Below, piece after piece: positions 49,635-51,144 of a DNA stretch of 51,144 bases. How positions within the stretch are numbered: position 1 is the stretch's first letter; the number at the start of each line of letters is the position of its first letter. A model generated the notes under the pieces. That model worked only from the letters and a program-made list of their open reading frames with translations, was not told the origin of the DNA and did no database searches. A program made the translations under genes and the position numbers. This stretch comes from Nanobdellota archaeon (GTDB lineage: Archaea; Nanobdellota; Nanobdellia; Woesearchaeales; WJIZ01), in NCBI GenBank assembly GCA_023140175.1, contig JAGLMD010000057.1, positions 1 to 51,144 of the forward strand. The letters run 5' to 3'.

Positions 49635-51046
49635 GCCAGGATTCTTTTAAATTAATGAGGGAAATGAGGTTTATAGAAAGCAGTTTCGAGGCAGGCATAA
49701 TTACAAAATCCGAATATGAAATTTCTAAAAAAAGAGTAGAAGATAAGCTGGACATAGTTAAAAAAGAAGAAGCAGAATCACAAGAGCCAAAACAGCCTGA
49801 AAAGATAGAAGCAGCTCTGCCGGAAGAAAAAGAACAAACAGAACAAGTTGTTCATGAAGAAGAAAAAATATCGGCTCATGAAGAAAAGCCTGAAGTAAGT
49901 GTTTACTATGATGAGTCTCATCCAGCTAAAGTTGAAAGAAAGGAAGAAGAACTTAAGGAAAAACAGCCTGTAGCTAAAGAGCAGCAGCCATTACAAGAAA
50001 AACAACGTACTGGTCGTTTTGAGACCTATGGCAGCAGGTTTGCTCTGCCAAAAAAATCCAGGCTTTTGGTTTTTCTGTCTTTCTTAATTCTTATTTTTAT
50101 TATTTTATTCTCTTTCAATTCAGGTAATCTTAAAGACACTTCTTTCACACCTGTTTGTGAATCTGATCTTGATTGCCAAAAAACAGGATTTACAGGAAAA
50201 TGCATTAATGCATCTACTGGCTCTGCAGAATGTATATTTAAGCCGGCCATACAAACAGATATCACGATAATTACATCAGAAGAATGTAAATTATGTGATA
50301 TAGGCAGGATGAAAAACACCATCACTCAGATTTATCCAGGAGCAGAATACCAATTAATAGATGCAAATGACCCGGATGCAGAACTTTTTATCTCAGAACT
50401 TAGTATAGAATCTCTTCCAGCATACATATTTGATAAAGGTATAGAAAAAACAGAGAGATTCAAGTCTACTTCAACTATTTTTACCAAGCCAACATTTATA
50501 GGAGAAGAAGAATTTTATCTTATGAAGCCGGGAGCGTCTGGCTCGTCATATTTATTTAAGAACGAGCAGCAGAAAAACTCAGTAGAGCTATTCTTCACGC
50601 CGTTTGCAAAATCATCTGAAAGAGCATTTGAAAATATATTGGAGCTCACAAAAGACAAAGATATCAACCTCAATATAAGATATTACACAAGACAAGAGAT
50701 TGGCCCGGGAAATTCAGATGTAAAGGAGCTCTTGAGGCAGGTATGTATAAGGTCTGACTCAGAAGATAAGCTCATATCTTATATAGGCTGTATATTCAAA
50801 GAAGGAATGGATGAAGAAACAGCTATAACCTGCATGGATTCCTATAACATTCCAAAACAAAAAATAGAGAAATGTATACAGGATGATGCAGAATCAATCC
50901 TCTCTGGAGATATTGACAAAGCAAGGGAATTTTCAATAAACACTCTGCCTGTTTTCATATTCAATAATCAATACAAGAAAGGCGGTTCTTTATCAGTTGA
51001 TATCTTAGAAGATCTTTTCTGTAAAATTAATCCTGATAGTTGTTAA
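49631..51046 (+). CDS. Membrane-anchored Cys-rich protein with thioredoxin/DsbA-like domains
   Basis: Acidic N-terminal region, single TM, CKLC...LPAYIF, second domain ending I.TLPVFIFNN; ATGA overlap with PPIase. Confidence 0.6.
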   Translation: MSQDSFKLMREMRFIESSFEAGIITKSEYEISKKRVEDKLDIVKKEEAESQEPKQPEKIEAALPEEKEQTEQVVHEEEKISAHEEKPEVSVYYDESHPAKVERKEEELKEKQPVAKEQQPLQEKQRTGRFETYGSRFALPKKSRLLVFLSFLILIFIILFSFNSGNLKDTSFTPVCESDLDCQKTGFTGKCINASTGSAECIFKPAIQTDITIITSEECKLCDIGRMKNTITQIYPGAEYQLIDANDPDAELFISELSIESLPAYIFDKGIEKTERFKSTSTIFTKPTFIGEEEFYLMKPGASGSSYLFKNEQQKNSVELFFTPFAKSSERAFENILELTKDKDINLNIRYYTRQEIGPGNSDVKELLRQVCIRSDSEDKLISYIGCIFKEGMDEETAITCMDSYNIPKQKIEKCIQDDAESILSGDIDKAREFSINTLPVFIFNNQYKKGGSLSVDILEDLFCKINPDSC

Positions 51047-51144
51047 AATATAATTATATTTATATGTTCTTTTTCTAAATTTTATAAAACAACAACCAAA
51101 ATTTTACCACTCTAAAATAGTGTGTATTAAGCTAAACTATATTC

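Overview
AT-rich archaeal genomic window. Archaeal origin rests on the archaeal-type uS2 and TrpRS, an Alu-containing SRP RNA, a presenilin homologue, a TRAM protein and a PGF-pre-PGF surface protein; DPANN/Woesearchaeota affinity is my inference. The main observation is a ~14.3 kb same-strand cluster (86-14388). It joins FabZ, two archaeal-type thiolases, a DUF35-DUF362 fusion, a Vor-type 2-oxoacid:ferredoxin oxidoreductase, FabG, acyl-CoA dehydrogenase/EtfBA, two PlsC-type acyltransferases and GpsA. Together these suggest an ACP-independent, CoA-based route to (possibly branched-chain) fatty acids coupled to bacterial-type G3P ester phospholipid synthesis in an archaeon, with ilvC/ilvD/ilvE/leuB-like genes nearby as possible primer supply. 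The window also holds a complete trpE-GD-CF-B-A operon with an internally deleted GNAT spacer gene, a divergent eukaryote-like chorismate mutase plus ACT regulator, a TA module beside an IS remnant, a serpin flanked by inverted bipartite repeats, and a BRO gene interrupted by a 51-nt double-hairpin insert. All product calls come from motif recognition by eye; no database searches were run.
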